Shown here: positions 31,652-32,000 of the stretch, in pieces | Layout: the number at the start of each line of letters is the position of its first letter | How positions within the stretch are numbered: the first letter of the stretch is position 1 | NCBI GenBank assembly: GCA_017511185.1 | Contig: JAFWLF010000093.1 | Coordinates: forward strand, 737 to 32,736 | From: Lachnospiraceae bacterium | Lineage (GTDB): Bacteria; Bacillota; Clostridia; Lachnospirales; Lachnospiraceae | Direction of reading: 5' to 3' | DNA length: 32,000 nucleotides | Program-made: the position numbers and the translations under genes | The notes under the pieces: generated by a model | Databases searched by the model: none | What the model was told of the DNA's origin: nothing | Seen by the model: the letters and a program-made list of their open reading frames with translations, nothing else

Positions 31652-31981
31652 ATGAAAGAATACGCCGAGAAGTTTTATAAGTCCAGAGCATGGGAGCAAT
31701 GCCGCTCAGCTTATGCAAAGAGCAAGGGCGGACTGTGCGAGGTCTGCCTTGCGAAAGGTCTGATCGTACCGGGTGAGATCGTACACCACAAGGTGCATAT
31801 CACTCCGGAGAACATTAATGATCTCCATGTAATACTTGACTGGAACAACCTGCAGCTCGTCTGCCGTGAATGCCATGCCGAGGCGCACCATGCCGCGCGT
31901 TTCGGTGCGGCGCGGCGGTACGACGTGGATCAGCTCGGGCGCGTGACGGTGAGGCCGGATATCCCCCCTGGTCAATCCTGA
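31652..31981 (+). CDS. HNH endonuclease (terminase-associated type)
   Basis: CEVC...HHK...N..L.CRECHAEAHH is an HNH zinc-finger pattern. The position is typical, just before terS/terL. No obvious SD sequence. Confidence 0.85.
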   Translation: MKEYAEKFYKSRAWEQCRSAYAKSKGGLCEVCLAKGLIVPGEIVHHKVHITPENINDLHVILDWNNLQLVCRECHAEAHHAARFGAARRYDVDQLGRVTVRPDIPPGQS

Positions 31982-32000
31982 AAGCTTGCTTCCCGGGGAC

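Larger units (their letters stand above)
1..32000. mobile_element. Near-complete temperate phage genome (siphovirus-like, HK97-type head), shown circularly permuted from inside terL to the HNH endonuclease
   Basis: Continuous phage modules: packaging, head, tail, lysis, integrase, repressor, cro, early genes, late activator, HNH. No housekeeping genes are present. The lysis-integrase junction is intact. Confidence 0.85.

Overview
The whole window is one nearly complete temperate siphovirus-type phage genome. It has a HK97-like head module and Firmicutes/Clostridia-style signals: GGAGG ribosome-binding sites, an XkdX protein, a phi LC3-type holin and PcfJ/PcfK/DUF3102 genes. No host DNA is visible.

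Gene order:
- 1-17174 (+): 5'-truncated terL, portal, prohead protease, major capsid, a glycosyltransferase, head-tail joining genes, major tail protein, frameshifted G/GT chaperone, tape measure, tail tip and fibre genes, XkdX, a second fibre, then the lysis cassette.
- 17175-17249: non-coding gap with a perfect inverted repeat, a candidate attP.
- 17250-19851 (-): lysogeny module with a large serine integrase, a ToxN/AbiQ toxin preceded by three tandem 36-nt repeats (type III toxin-antitoxin architecture), and a CI-like repressor.
- 19852-20220: divergent switch region with four copies of an operator-like motif, then cro.
- 20221-28919: many small early ORFs, including a PcfK-like/PcfJ/DUF3102 trio.
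- 29078-31981: Xer-like tyrosine recombinase, HUH-Rep-like protein, RinA/ArpU-like late activator and HNH endonuclease, which normally sits just upstream of terS/terL.

The window is therefore a circularly permuted view that lacks only terS and the 5' end of terL.

Most interesting observations:
1. The type III TA cassette, whose repeats differ from each other with compensatory stem changes.
2. An 18-bp inverted-repeat and 16-bp direct-repeat bounded gene cassette in the early region.
3. A tyrosine recombinase plus HUH-Rep-like pair with an upstream hairpin, in a phage with no other recognisable replication gene.
4. A GT-A glycosyltransferase immediately after the capsid gene.
5. A repeat-rich 288-nt non-coding region in front of the lysis genes.

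All protein family calls come from motif recognition by eye. No database search was run.
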